This document shows, in pieces, positions 20,676 to 30,413 of a stretch of DNA of 64,000 nucleotides. The stretch covers positions 64,806 through 128,805 of the forward strand of contig CAZTGS010000001.1 of NCBI GenBank assembly GCA_964613455.1. The letters are read 5' to 3'. The position numbers and the translations under genes are program-made. This DNA is from an uncultured Gammaproteobacteria bacterium (GTDB lineage Bacteria; Pseudomonadota; Gammaproteobacteria; Magnimaribacterales; D2472). Under the pieces are notes generated by a model. It saw only the letters and a program-made list of their open reading frames with translations. It did not search any database and was not told where the DNA came from. Position 1 is the stretch's first letter. Every line of letters starts with the position of its first letter.

Positions 20676-21902
20676 TCAATACTCGCTTTTAACTATTTTT
20701 AACAACTTCGAAAGCCATCCTTGGTTTTTCTCAGCTATTAACTCATCATTCATTTGCTTGAATCCGTGATCTACAAGCCCAATTGAAGTTGCATAAATAG
20801 GATTCTGAAGGATACTCTCCATTCCTGAAAATTTATTTGGGATACCTAATCTTACTGAAGTTTGGAATATTGATTCAGCTAATTCTACAACTCCCTCCAT
20901 TTTTGAGGTTCCGCCAGTAAAGACAATGCCGGCTGAAATTTTATCTTCAAAACCATTTCTTGTAATTTCAGCTCTGACCAACTCAAAAAGCTCGGTATAT
21001 CTTGGCTGAACAATATCTGCAAGTGAAGATCTAGATAATTCTCTGGTCGGCCTTCCCCCCACCCCTGCAACTTCAATACTTTCATCATCTTTCGTAAATT
21101 CTGCAACAGCACAGCCATGTTTCTGCTTAATTTCTTCAGCTTGCGGAGTTGGCGTTCTTAATGCCTGGGCTATATCGCTAGTTACTTGGTCTCCAGCAAT
21201 GGGAATAACTCCAGTAAATACAATAGAGCCTGAATTAAATATTGCTATATCTGTTGTTCCTCCACCAATATCAACTAAACATACTCCCAACTCTTTTTCA
21301 TCTTCAGATAAGATTGAGTGAGAACTTGCTAATTGCTCTAAAACAAAACCGTCGACTGATAATCCACAATTTTGAATACATTTTTCTATATTTTTTATAG
21401 CGCTATTTGCGCATGTAACTAAATGCACTTTGGCTTCAAGCCTAACTCCCGCCATGCCTAATGGATCTAAGCTGACCTCTTGATTATCAATTACGTACTC
21501 TTGTGGCAGAACATGTAAAACATTTTGATCTGAGGGTATTGAAACCGCTTGAGCGGAATCTATGACTCTATCAATATCATAAGGCGTAACTTCTTTGTCT
21601 TTAATTCCAACAGCACCTTGAGAATTTAAGCTTTTAATATGATTTCCAGCAATTCCAACATAAACTGACTTGATCTTCTCTTCTACCATGGACTGAGCCT
21701 GTTCTACTGCTTTTTTGATAGCATCTGTTGTAGCATCAATATTTACAACTACGCCCTTTTTCAGACCGCTTGATGGATAAGAACCCAAAGCAATAATTTC
21801 TAATTTATTAGAATCATTATATTTACCGACTATGCATACTACTTTCGAGGTACCAATATCTAAGCCAACAACCATATTAGAATTTTTTGTACTATTTGCC
21901 AT
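20676..21902 (-). CDS. ftsA: Cell division protein FtsA
   Basis: 408 aa, actin-like with VVGLDIGTSKV and DIGGGTTDIA. It is the last gene of the dcw cluster here. Confidence 0.96.
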   Translation of the reverse strand: MANSTKNSNMVVGLDIGTSKVVCIVGKYNDSNKLEIIALGSYPSSGLKKGVVVNIDATTDAIKKAVEQAQSMVEEKIKSVYVGIAGNHIKSLNSQGAVGIKDKEVTPYDIDRVIDSAQAVSIPSDQNVLHVLPQEYVIDNQEVSLDPLGMAGVRLEAKVHLVTCANSAIKNIEKCIQNCGLSVDGFVLEQLASSHSILSEDEKELGVCLVDIGGGTTDIAIFNSGSIVFTGVIPIAGDQVTSDIAQALRTPTPQAEEIKQKHGCAVAEFTKDDESIEVAGVGGRPTRELSRSSLADIVQPRYTELFELVRAEITRNGFEDKISAGIVFTGGTSKMEGVVELAESIFQTSVRLGIPNKFSGMESILQNPIYATSIGLVDHGFKQMNDELIAEKNQGWLSKLLKIVKSEY

Positions 21903-22530
21903 AATTTAGAGCAGCTCCATCTTTATATCTAAGATCTATCATATTAGGTATTTTCCTTTTGTCGTTCAAGTAATTTAAAGTTTCTCTAAGCGATTTAAAT
22001 TTTTTTTCATCAATATTTTTTCCAATTTTAATTATAGAGCTATTCGTTTGAATCGCCCAGCCTGAGACATGACTGTAATTAATTGAATTTAATTTAAAAT
22101 ACTCTTTATTCATTTTTTGAATCGAAAAAAAATTAATTATCTTAAGAATATCTGCTAAATCTTTAATTGGTCCAGAAGCTCTTACTATATTTGCCTCAGT
22201 TTTATCAAACTTAAATTTCTTGAGATTTTTGTCAACGAAGTAAATATCATTAAGAATAAATATAGGTTTTCTATTTTTAATATTTAATACTGCACTTTTT
22301 TTAAAAGGTCTATATTTTAACGTGTACTCTTCTATCCAATCTTGATTTGCTAAAAGCTCTTCGAATTCATTCTTATTTGAGATATCCTCCAGATCTTTAA
22401 GAAAATTTTTTTGAGATTCTAGCTCTAATCCAGATTCAAATGTAATTTCAAAGTCAAAATTTGCAGCAATAATTCTCGTATGAGAAAAAAATAATAAGAA
22501 ACAAATTAAAAATTTATTGAATTGATGCAT
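21892..22530 (-). CDS. ftsQ: Cell division protein FtsQ (short)
   Basis: 212 aa with an N-terminal hydrophobic anchor and POTRA-like region. Position between ddl and ftsA. The sequence is divergent, so the call rests mainly on synteny. Confidence 0.75.
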   Translation of the reverse strand: MHQFNKFLICFLLFFSHTRIIAANFDFEITFESGLELESQKNFLKDLEDISNKNEFEELLANQDWIEEYTLKYRPFKKSAVLNIKNRKPIFILNDIYFVDKNLKKFKFDKTEANIVRASGPIKDLADILKIINFFSIQKMNKEYFKLNSINYSHVSGWAIQTNSSIIKIGKNIDEKKFKSLRETLNYLNDKRKIPNMIDLRYKDGAALNYGK

Positions 22531-23419
22531 TTATAATTTTATTTACAACTTGCTTGTAGTCCAGTCCAAGGAAACTAGCAGATTTAGGAACGCAACTATG
22601 AGATGTCATTCCGGGGCTTGAGTTTAGCTCAAGAAAATATAAATCATGATTTGAATCTTGTAGAATATCTACTCTAGCCCAGCCTGAGCAACCCAAAGCG
22701 TGATACGAATTCAAAGCAAAATCTTTTATTTTTTTTATAGTTGCTTCGTCACCTTCAGCTTGAATCAATTGCGTAGAATCACATAGGTACTTGGCATCAT
22801 AATCATAAAAGCTATTTACAGTTTTTATTTCTATAGGTGGGAATATTTCATCTCCTATTATGCTTACAGTATATTCTTTATGTTTTATTGCCTCTTCAAG
22901 AATGAATTCTTGAGAAATACCGTTTACCTTGGATAGGGCCTGTTCATAATCTTGCTCATTTTTTACTTCAAAAATGTTTACGCTAGAACCTTCCATGGCT
23001 GGCTTTAAAAAAAAATGTTCGAAAGGAAGATCTTGGTATCTTTTCTTAAATGCTTGAGTATTTTTTATATTTATAGAGCTTGGTGTCTTTAAACCATTGT
23101 TTCTAATAACATCCTTACTTATTGATTTGTTCCAACTCTGCATACAGGCATTTGAATTTGGCCCTGTGAAAGAAATACCAAGCGATTCTAATTCTGCTTG
23201 AAGCAGTCCGCTTTCGCCCTCTTCTCCATGAAGTGCTATGAAAACTATATCGTATTCTTTTAGTTCATTAAGATTATCGAGATCATTAAAATCTTTTTTT
23301 TGAACGTTATAGTTGAGTTCTTTCAGGGCCTCGAATACGCCTTCACCACTTTGAAGAGAAATTTCTCTTTCAGATGATGAGCCTCCACAAATTATAATTA
23401 TATTTTCTATATTTCCCAT
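22514..23419 (-). CDS. ddl: D-alanine--D-alanine ligase
   Basis: 301 aa, ATP-grasp, with ALHGEEGESG and LELNSSPGMT. Confidence 0.93.
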   Translation of the reverse strand: MGNIENIIIICGGSSSEREISLQSGEGVFEALKELNYNVQKKDFNDLDNLNELKEYDIVFIALHGEEGESGLLQAELESLGISFTGPNSNACMQSWNKSISKDVIRNNGLKTPSSINIKNTQAFKKRYQDLPFEHFFLKPAMEGSSVNIFEVKNEQDYEQALSKVNGISQEFILEEAIKHKEYTVSIIGDEIFPPIEIKTVNSFYDYDAKYLCDSTQLIQAEGDEATIKKIKDFALNSYHALGCSGWARVDILQDSNHDLYFLELNSSPGMTSHSCVPKSASFLGLDYKQVVNKIINASIQ

Positions 23420-24801
23420 TTATCTTTTATTGATTGGCAAACCGAAGAAACACTTCCTGCGCCTTGAGTAATAAGAATATCGAATTCATCTTTTTTAAGG
23501 TTTACTATATCAAGAACACTCTCATGACTTTTAATATAAGAAACATCTTTATGGCCTTGCTGTTTTATAGTTTCTACAATTGTTCTAGAATCTATTCCCT
23601 TGATAGGTTTTTCACTTGCAGGATATATATCAAGTAATATCAATGAATCTACCTTTTTTAAGACATTAATAAAATCTTCAAAAAGTTGAGCGGTCCTGGA
23701 GTATCTATGGGGTTGAAAAATCATGCATAATTTTTTATTTGGATATTCCTCCCTAAATGCTTTGATAGTTGAAAGAATTTCAATTGGGTGATGTCCATAA
23801 TCATCAATAAGAGTCTTTTTGCAAGAGCTTATTTCTAATTGATGTTTTTCATATCTCCTCTCAACACCTGAAAATTCACTAATTCCTTTTTTTATCGCTT
23901 TCAATGAAATGCCTTCTTCTATACAGGCAGCAATTGATGCAGAGGCATTATAAATATTATGAATACCAGGCATCTTTATTTTGAAACTATGAGTTTTTTT
24001 TCTTTGGTTATCTTTAATTTTAAAATGCTGTCTACCTTTTATAAATGATGCATCTAATATTTGAAAATCAGAATTTGATGATTTTCCAAATGTAATTTGT
24101 TTTCTGGATATTCTTTTTGAAATTTTTCTTATATTTTTGTCATCCCGATTAATAATCATATATCCATAAAAAGGAACATTTTCAGAAAACATCACAAATG
24201 CATCTAATAGGTATTCAAAATTATTGTCATAGTGAACTAAATGATCGTCATCGATATTAGTCAAAATAGCTACGTCTGGTTGCAAATGAGTAAATGATCC
24301 ATCACTTTCATCTGCTTCTGCAATAAGATAACTTCCCTCACCAAGATCTGAATTTTCATCTGTACTTAGAACTTTTCCGCCGACAACATAGGTTGGACTT
24401 AGCTCCGCTACACTAAATATTTTAGCAATCATGCTCGTTGTAGTTGTCTTTCCATGACTTCCAGCTATTGCAATGCTTTCATAACCTCTCATTATACTTC
24501 CGAGCATTTCAGCTCTTGGGATTACGGTTATTGATTCTTTCTTAGCTTGAACAATCTCTGGATTCTTTTTATCTATTGCAGATGAAACTACTATTAAATT
24601 GGCATTTTTAATGTTTTTATTTGAATGTCCGATAAAAACTTTAACACCAACCTTCCTTAATTTTTTTAACTCATAAGAGTCAATTAAATCAGATCCAGAA
24701 ATCTTATATCCTTTTTTTAATAAGACTCTGGCAATACCAATCATTCCAGCACCGCCGATTCCTATAAAGTGGATATGTTTAATTTTCTTAAAAAAATTCA
24801 T
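23407..24801 (-). CDS. murC: UDP-N-acetylmuramate--L-alanine ligase
   Basis: 464 aa with HFIGIGGAGM and the P-loop GSHGKTTTT. Confidence 0.95.
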   Translation of the reverse strand: MNFFKKIKHIHFIGIGGAGMIGIARVLLKKGYKISGSDLIDSYELKKLRKVGVKVFIGHSNKNIKNANLIVVSSAIDKKNPEIVQAKKESITVIPRAEMLGSIMRGYESIAIAGSHGKTTTTSMIAKIFSVAELSPTYVVGGKVLSTDENSDLGEGSYLIAEADESDGSFTHLQPDVAILTNIDDDHLVHYDNNFEYLLDAFVMFSENVPFYGYMIINRDDKNIRKISKRISRKQITFGKSSNSDFQILDASFIKGRQHFKIKDNQRKKTHSFKIKMPGIHNIYNASASIAACIEEGISLKAIKKGISEFSGVERRYEKHQLEISSCKKTLIDDYGHHPIEILSTIKAFREEYPNKKLCMIFQPHRYSRTAQLFEDFINVLKKVDSLILLDIYPASEKPIKGIDSRTIVETIKQQGHKDVSYIKSHESVLDIVNLKKDEFDILITQGAGSVSSVCQSIKDKWEI

Positions 24802-25844
24802 TTATTTAGATGCTCTATTGTCTTTGCTGAAATAACAGATGCGGCATTTTTATGATCTGTATTTATTTCAATTTTCCAATCATTGTATGTTTTTTGATAA
24901 ATAATTTCTGATACTTTAGCTACCAAATCTTTTAGCCCGTTTTTTTCATTATGAATCACTCCCATATTCATAGATTCAATATGCATGGCATTAATATATT
25001 GATGATTATCAATAGCTGAAGGTAATGGAATCATGAGCATTCCTTTTGCCATAGAAGATATTTCAGAGATGCTTAAAGCGCCAGATCTTGTAATAACAAA
25101 ATCAGACCAATTAATTATTGATTCAGGATTCTCATAAAATTCTTTAACCTCAACTTTTACTTTAGTATTTTTATAGGCTTCTCTAACAGCATCTATTTTT
25201 CTAGAGCCGCATTGATGTTTGATATTTATTTTTTTATTCAAGCTATTAAAACATTTTGGTACATTTTGATTAATATAATCTGCACCCTGGCTTCCACCTG
25301 TTACATATATATTAATAATGTCATTGCTATCAATGATATCTTTATAGTTAGAATTAAAACTATCTCTGATTGGATTGCCAGTAACTATTGAATTTTTTGG
25401 AGCTGAATCGATTACAAATCCAGTAAAATTCAATTTAGTTAATTTTGATAAAAATCTATTTGCTGAGCCCATAACTGAATTTTGTTCATGAATAAATAAT
25501 GGTTTTTGCATTAAAAATGATGCTATTCCAGCAGGCACTGTAATAAAACCGCCAAAACCAATCATTCCATCAACTTTTTCTTTCCTTATTATTTGCATTG
25601 ACTTGAAGATGCTTAACGGTAGTAAAAATAATGATTTTATTTTTTGGATGACGCCCTTACCCCTAAAACCCTCCATGGAAACTTTATAAAAAGTAAAATC
25701 TATATCTTTCAACGCATTCAATTCTATTTTTGCTCCTGAGCCTAAAAAAACAACCTCATGACCTTGTTTAATTAACTCTGAACCAACAGAAATTGCAGGA
25801 AATACATGGCCTCCAGTTTTTGCAGCTGAAATTAAAATCTTCAT
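24798..25844 (-). CDS. murG: Lipid II-forming GlcNAc transferase MurG
   Basis: 348 aa with KTGGHVFPA at the N-terminus and a GT28 C-terminal region (RSGALSISE). Confidence 0.93.
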   Translation of the reverse strand: MKILISAAKTGGHVFPAISVGSELIKQGHEVVFLGSGAKIELNALKDIDFTFYKVSMEGFRGKGVIQKIKSLFLLPLSIFKSMQIIRKEKVDGMIGFGGFITVPAGIASFLMQKPLFIHEQNSVMGSANRFLSKLTKLNFTGFVIDSAPKNSIVTGNPIRDSFNSNYKDIIDSNDIINIYVTGGSQGADYINQNVPKCFNSLNKKINIKHQCGSRKIDAVREAYKNTKVKVEVKEFYENPESIINWSDFVITRSGALSISEISSMAKGMLMIPLPSAIDNHQYINAMHIESMNMGVIHNEKNGLKDLVAKVSEIIYQKTYNDWKIEINTDHKNAASVISAKTIEHLNK

Positions 25845-25848
25845 ACTT

Positions 25849-26958
25849 CTATATTAGTTTGTTTTCGTTATTTATTCTAAGAACTATTGCTATAAGAGAC
25901 ATCATTATGATGATACTCGTTCCCCCATAACTGATGAAGGGTAAGGTAAGTCCTTTTGTAGGAAGAAGACCAATATTTACAGCAATATTAAACAATGACT
26001 GTATGGCGATTAGGATTAATATACCAAATGAAACGTAACCTTGAAAAAGCTTGCCTTTTTGTAATGAATCAAGCGTAACTCTCAAAATACCTATAAAAAG
26101 AATAACGAATAAAAATAATAAGAATAGTCCTCCAACAATACCAAGTTCCTCAACAATAATTGCAAATATAAAATCTGTATGTGCCTCGGGTAGAAAAAAA
26201 TTCTTTTGAAAACTATTACCCAAACCTAAACCAAACCACCCACCCTGGCCGATGCTAATTAAAGAATTTGATAATTGATAACCCGCCCCAAGAACAACCT
26301 CAGAGTCAAATGGATCCATATAAGCCATCATCCTTGCTATACGCATAGGTGATGAAGATATTGCAACAAATCCCAGTAAGGCGATAAGCATGGCTAAAAG
26401 GGTAAATTGAAAGAAAGAAATACCAGCGTAAAATAATATAGCCACAACTAATAAACAGATTATTGCTGTTGAGCCTAAATCTGGTTGGCCCATAATTAAA
26501 ACTGAAATAATAAAAAGTAAAAATAATGGCTTGAGAAAGCTCCTAAAAGAATCAATTTCAGACATTCTTCTGACTGAATAACCAGAAATATAGAGGATTA
26601 GACTAAATTTACAAATCTCAGAAGGTTGGATATTTACTGGTCCCAATCTTATCCAACGAATACTTCCATTTACAGCTGTTCCAACATCAGGAATAAACAA
26701 AGCTATTAAAAGTAATATTGTTATCAGCATAAATACCCAATCAGATTTATATAGGAACTCTGAGGGCAAAACTAAAAATAAAGACATTGCGAGTATGCCT
26801 ATAGCTATAAAAAGAATCTGCCTTGATGCAAAATGAAATGGATTACCTGTCATCTCATCCGCAATATATATACTTGAAGATGAAACCATAACTAACCCTA
26901 TACACATTAGGCAAATAAAAGGGATAAGTATTAAAAGATTATTTACCTGATTATTCAT
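25849..26958 (-). CDS. ftsW: SEDS peptidoglycan polymerase FtsW
   Basis: 369 aa, about 10 TM segments, with PEAHTDFIF and GLLPTKGLTLPFISYGG motifs. Confidence 0.93.
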   Translation of the reverse strand: MNNQVNNLLILIPFICLMCIGLVMVSSSSIYIADEMTGNPFHFASRQILFIAIGILAMSLFLVLPSEFLYKSDWVFMLITILLLIALFIPDVGTAVNGSIRWIRLGPVNIQPSEICKFSLILYISGYSVRRMSEIDSFRSFLKPLFLLFIISVLIMGQPDLGSTAIICLLVVAILFYAGISFFQFTLLAMLIALLGFVAISSSPMRIARMMAYMDPFDSEVVLGAGYQLSNSLISIGQGGWFGLGLGNSFQKNFFLPEAHTDFIFAIIVEELGIVGGLFLLFLFVILFIGILRVTLDSLQKGKLFQGYVSFGILILIAIQSLFNIAVNIGLLPTKGLTLPFISYGGTSIIIMMSLIAIVLRINNENKLI

Positions 26959-27985
26959 TAAAGATCTCTTCTACAAGCAAATTGAAATTTTTTCCCCTTT
27001 CTTCAAAATTTCTATAATCAGATCCGCTTGGATAGCCTGGAGAAAAAAGGATATTTTTTATATTTTTCTGCTGTTTTATATGGTCTAAGGCCTTTCTTAA
27101 ATTTAAAAAAATCTTTTTATTTGTATTCTGGATACATTCAGATATTTCTTTTCGATGATTCCCGCATATTAATACTTCTTCTGGTCCATCTAATGAAACT
27201 TTTGAGAATCTTTCTTTTTCAGGGTTTCCACATGTAATAAGAACATAATTTTTATTTTGGAATCCTTTATTTGCTAACTCAATTGCATATTGAAGAGAAT
27301 GCATATTTGTTGATTTTGAATCATTTATAATTGAATTAGATATTTTTTGATATCTATATGGAAGATCTTTAAATGTTTGGTTTTGAGCCTTTGATCCAGT
27401 AATCCATTCGAATATTTCATAAGGGTCTTCCGTTTTTAGAAATTTTTTACTATTTAAGACTTTCTTTTTGGTTCTTTTATAATCCTCAAAACTGCCATGA
27501 TAGTCTAAATGGTCTTCAGCTATATTTAGTAGAATACCAAAATCCAATTCGTTTACAGACATTTTATCTAACTGAAAACTTGATAGTTCAATAATAGAGT
27601 ACTTCTTTCCATTATTGATAGAGTCAAGCATTGGATTGCCAATATTGCCTATCAAATTGACTATATTTTGACTCTTAAAAAGTTGGTATAAGTGAAAGCA
27701 AGTTGTACTTTTTCTATTAGTTCCAGTAATGCCGATCTTTATTGATGTATCTTCTCTAAAAAAAATATCTAAATCAGTTAAAATGTTGCTCTTAGATTTC
27801 AATAATTTAAAAACGCTTCTTGGAACTCCTGGACTACAGTAAATATAGTCATATTCCTCAAGAGGCTCTATATTTTTAAATTTTGAAATATTGCTATCGA
27901 AAATATCAAACTCAAGGTTCTTCTTTTGTAAATATCTTTCAAATGATTTTCCTGTAATCCCATAACCATATATTAAGGACTTCAT
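26951..27985 (-). CDS. murD: UDP-N-acetylmuramoylalanine--D-glutamate ligase (compact, atypical P-loop)
   Basis: 344 aa versus about 440 aa typical. P-loop is GITGTNRKST (Arg where Mur ligases have Gly). C-terminal LFSPGYPSGSDYRNFEERGKNF matches the MurD C-terminus. Position between mraY and ftsW. Confidence 0.85.
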   Translation of the reverse strand: MKSLIYGYGITGKSFERYLQKKNLEFDIFDSNISKFKNIEPLEEYDYIYCSPGVPRSVFKLLKSKSNILTDLDIFFREDTSIKIGITGTNRKSTTCFHLYQLFKSQNIVNLIGNIGNPMLDSINNGKKYSIIELSSFQLDKMSVNELDFGILLNIAEDHLDYHGSFEDYKRTKKKVLNSKKFLKTEDPYEIFEWITGSKAQNQTFKDLPYRYQKISNSIINDSKSTNMHSLQYAIELANKGFQNKNYVLITCGNPEKERFSKVSLDGPEEVLICGNHRKEISECIQNTNKKIFLNLRKALDHIKQQKNIKNILFSPGYPSGSDYRNFEERGKNFNLLVEEIFNE

Positions 27986-27994
27986 TTCTAAGTA

Positions 27995-29080
27995 CTATCT
28001 CAACTTTAAAGTTGCTAGTGCTATCAGAATTAAAACAAGAGTAACAATCCAAAAACGAACAATAATTTTAGGCTCTGGCCATCCCTTTAACTCATAATGA
28101 TGATGAATAGGAGCCATTAAAAAGACTCTTTTACCTCTTGTTTTAAATGAGATAACTTGAATTGCGACGCTTAAAGTTTCTATTACAAAAACTCCAGCCA
28201 TAATTGCAAAAACTAACTCATGTCTTAATATAACAGCAAGTATACCCAGGATTGCCCCTAATGTTAGCGATCCTATGTCTCCCATGAATATTTGCGCGGG
28301 ATAAGTGTTGTACCAAAGAAAGCCTATTCCAGAGCCAATCAGAGCACCACAAAAAACTATTAATTCTCCAGAAAGTTCTAAATGAGGCAAATATAAATAA
28401 CTAGCTATAATTTGATTACCCATGCTGTAGGCTATAAGCCCAAGCGCTCCTGCTATAAGAACCGAAGGAAGAATGGCAAGTCCATCCAATCCATCAGTGA
28501 GATTAACAGCATTAGACGATCCAACCAAAACAAACATTCCTGTAAATATAAAAACGAATGGGCTCATTGGTATTATTAAATCCTTAAAGAAAGGAACTAT
28601 AAAAGAAGTCTCAGGAAGTGTTTCAGCTGAATGATATAAATAAAATAATGTTATAAATGAAAATAATAATTGAAGAATAACTTTTTGTTTAGAATTTAAA
28701 CCATCAGAACTTTTCTTTTTTATTTTAATAAAGTCATCAATAAAGCCTATCGAAGCGAATGCAACTGTTACAAATAGAACAACCCATATATACCTATTGC
28801 TTAGATCAGCCCAAAGCAGAGTAGAAACCACTAAAGACGATAGAATTAATAGTCCTCCCATAGTGGGTGTTCCAGATTTTTTATAATGAGATTCCGGCCC
28901 ATCAGTCCTAACGTGTTGCTCAAATTGCATAGACTTCAAAAGATTTATAATAAAAGGGCCCATTAAAATTGAAATCATGAGCGCTGTAACAGTGCCGCCA
29001 AGAGTTCTTACTGTTAGATATCTAAGAACATCAAAACCTGGATCTACATCCACCAATACTGAGCCTAAATATTCAAACAT
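27995..29080 (-). CDS. mraY: Phospho-N-acetylmuramoyl-pentapeptide transferase
   Basis: 361 aa with NAVNLTDGLDGLA and the PIHHHYE motif. Confidence 0.97.
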   Translation of the reverse strand: MFEYLGSVLVDVDPGFDVLRYLTVRTLGGTVTALMISILMGPFIINLLKSMQFEQHVRTDGPESHYKKSGTPTMGGLLILSSLVVSTLLWADLSNRYIWVVLFVTVAFASIGFIDDFIKIKKKSSDGLNSKQKVILQLLFSFITLFYLYHSAETLPETSFIVPFFKDLIIPMSPFVFIFTGMFVLVGSSNAVNLTDGLDGLAILPSVLIAGALGLIAYSMGNQIIASYLYLPHLELSGELIVFCGALIGSGIGFLWYNTYPAQIFMGDIGSLTLGAILGILAVILRHELVFAIMAGVFVIETLSVAIQVISFKTRGKRVFLMAPIHHHYELKGWPEPKIIVRFWIVTLVLILIALATLKLR

Positions 29081-30413
29081 TTATAAATTTTTCCATTTTC
29101 ATGCCTCTAGACCCCTTTAATAGGACAATATCTTTTGAACCAATATTCTCTTTTAAGAATATTTTTAATTCCTTCTCTGAATCAAAGAAAATTCCTTTCT
29201 TGCCAAAGCTCTTTACAGCATATTTTGTTAAATCACCAAAACCAAGGAAAATATCAATTTTTTTCTTTGCAGCATATAAGCCAATATTTATATGATATTT
29301 CTTTTTATATTTTCCAAGCTCTAACATATCTCCAAGAACTAATACCTTGTGTCTCTTCGAAGTCGCTAAAAGATCTATAGCTTTTGTTACTGAATCAGGG
29401 TTAGCATTATAAGTGTCATCAATTAAGGTAGATCCTCTTAGCCATTTTGATTGATTCTGTCTTAGATTATTTGTTGAATTCTTGTTGATGCTTTTAAAAA
29501 ATAACTCATTTGAATTTTTTGAATAAAAACTTGCAGCAAAAGAAGCCAATATATTTTTAATATTATGCTCTCCAACCATACTTGTATTAACTGTTTCTAA
29601 TAAACCATTCTTTTTTGAACAAATATCAAATTTCATTCGATTAAGATTTAGTTTGATATTGGTTGCAAAAAAATCTGCACTCTTATTCATACCAAAAGTT
29701 ACTACCTCCAAATCATCTCTAAAATTTTTCCATAACTTTAAATGTTGTTTATTCTCATTAGGCACAATCAAAACACCATTTCTTTTTATATTTGTAATTA
29801 ATTCAGACTTAACCTTTAGGACACCTTTAATATTTTTTAAATTTTCTAAATGAGAATTTCCAATATTTGTAATAATTCCAATATGTGGTTTTAATATTGA
29901 GCTTAAATAACTAATATCTCCTGGTTTTGCTGCTCCCATTTCAATAACTAAGTGTTTAGAATTTGGGTTAGATCTCATTATACTTAAAGGCATGCCTAGT
30001 TCGTTGTTATAGTTTTTTAGAGTGCTGGAACTAGCCCTAAGTGCATTAGTAATAATTTTTGTGGTTGTTGTTTTACCATTACTTCCTGTAATACCAATAA
30101 TGTTCCCATGATATTCATGTAAGATTTTTTTAGATATTTTTTTAAGTGCTATGGTTGAGTTCTTAACATAAATTATTTTTTTATTTTTAGAATTTATAAA
30201 CTGTTTACTATCTGTTATTGCAAGGCATGCTCCATTCTTGAAAGCATCATCTATGAATTCATTTCCATTAAAATTTTTACCATTAATTGCTATAAATAAT
30301 GAATCTTTCTTGATTGTTCTTGAGTCAAGAGAGATGTTCTTAATTTCAATATTTTTTATAACTGAAATATCTAAGAAATGTGAAAGATCATTTGAATTAT
30401 TTATAAATTTCAT
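29073..30413 (-). CDS. murF: UDP-MurNAc-tripeptide--D-Ala-D-Ala ligase
   Basis: 446 aa with P-loop GITGSNGKTTT and DDTYNANPDS. Confidence 0.93.
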   Translation of the reverse strand: MKFINNSNDLSHFLDISVIKNIEIKNISLDSRTIKKDSLFIAINGKNFNGNEFIDDAFKNGACLAITDSKQFINSKNKKIIYVKNSTIALKKISKKILHEYHGNIIGITGSNGKTTTTKIITNALRASSSTLKNYNNELGMPLSIMRSNPNSKHLVIEMGAAKPGDISYLSSILKPHIGIITNIGNSHLENLKNIKGVLKVKSELITNIKRNGVLIVPNENKQHLKLWKNFRDDLEVVTFGMNKSADFFATNIKLNLNRMKFDICSKKNGLLETVNTSMVGEHNIKNILASFAASFYSKNSNELFFKSINKNSTNNLRQNQSKWLRGSTLIDDTYNANPDSVTKAIDLLATSKRHKVLVLGDMLELGKYKKKYHINIGLYAAKKKIDIFLGFGDLTKYAVKSFGKKGIFFDSEKELKIFLKENIGSKDIVLLKGSRGMKMEKFINV

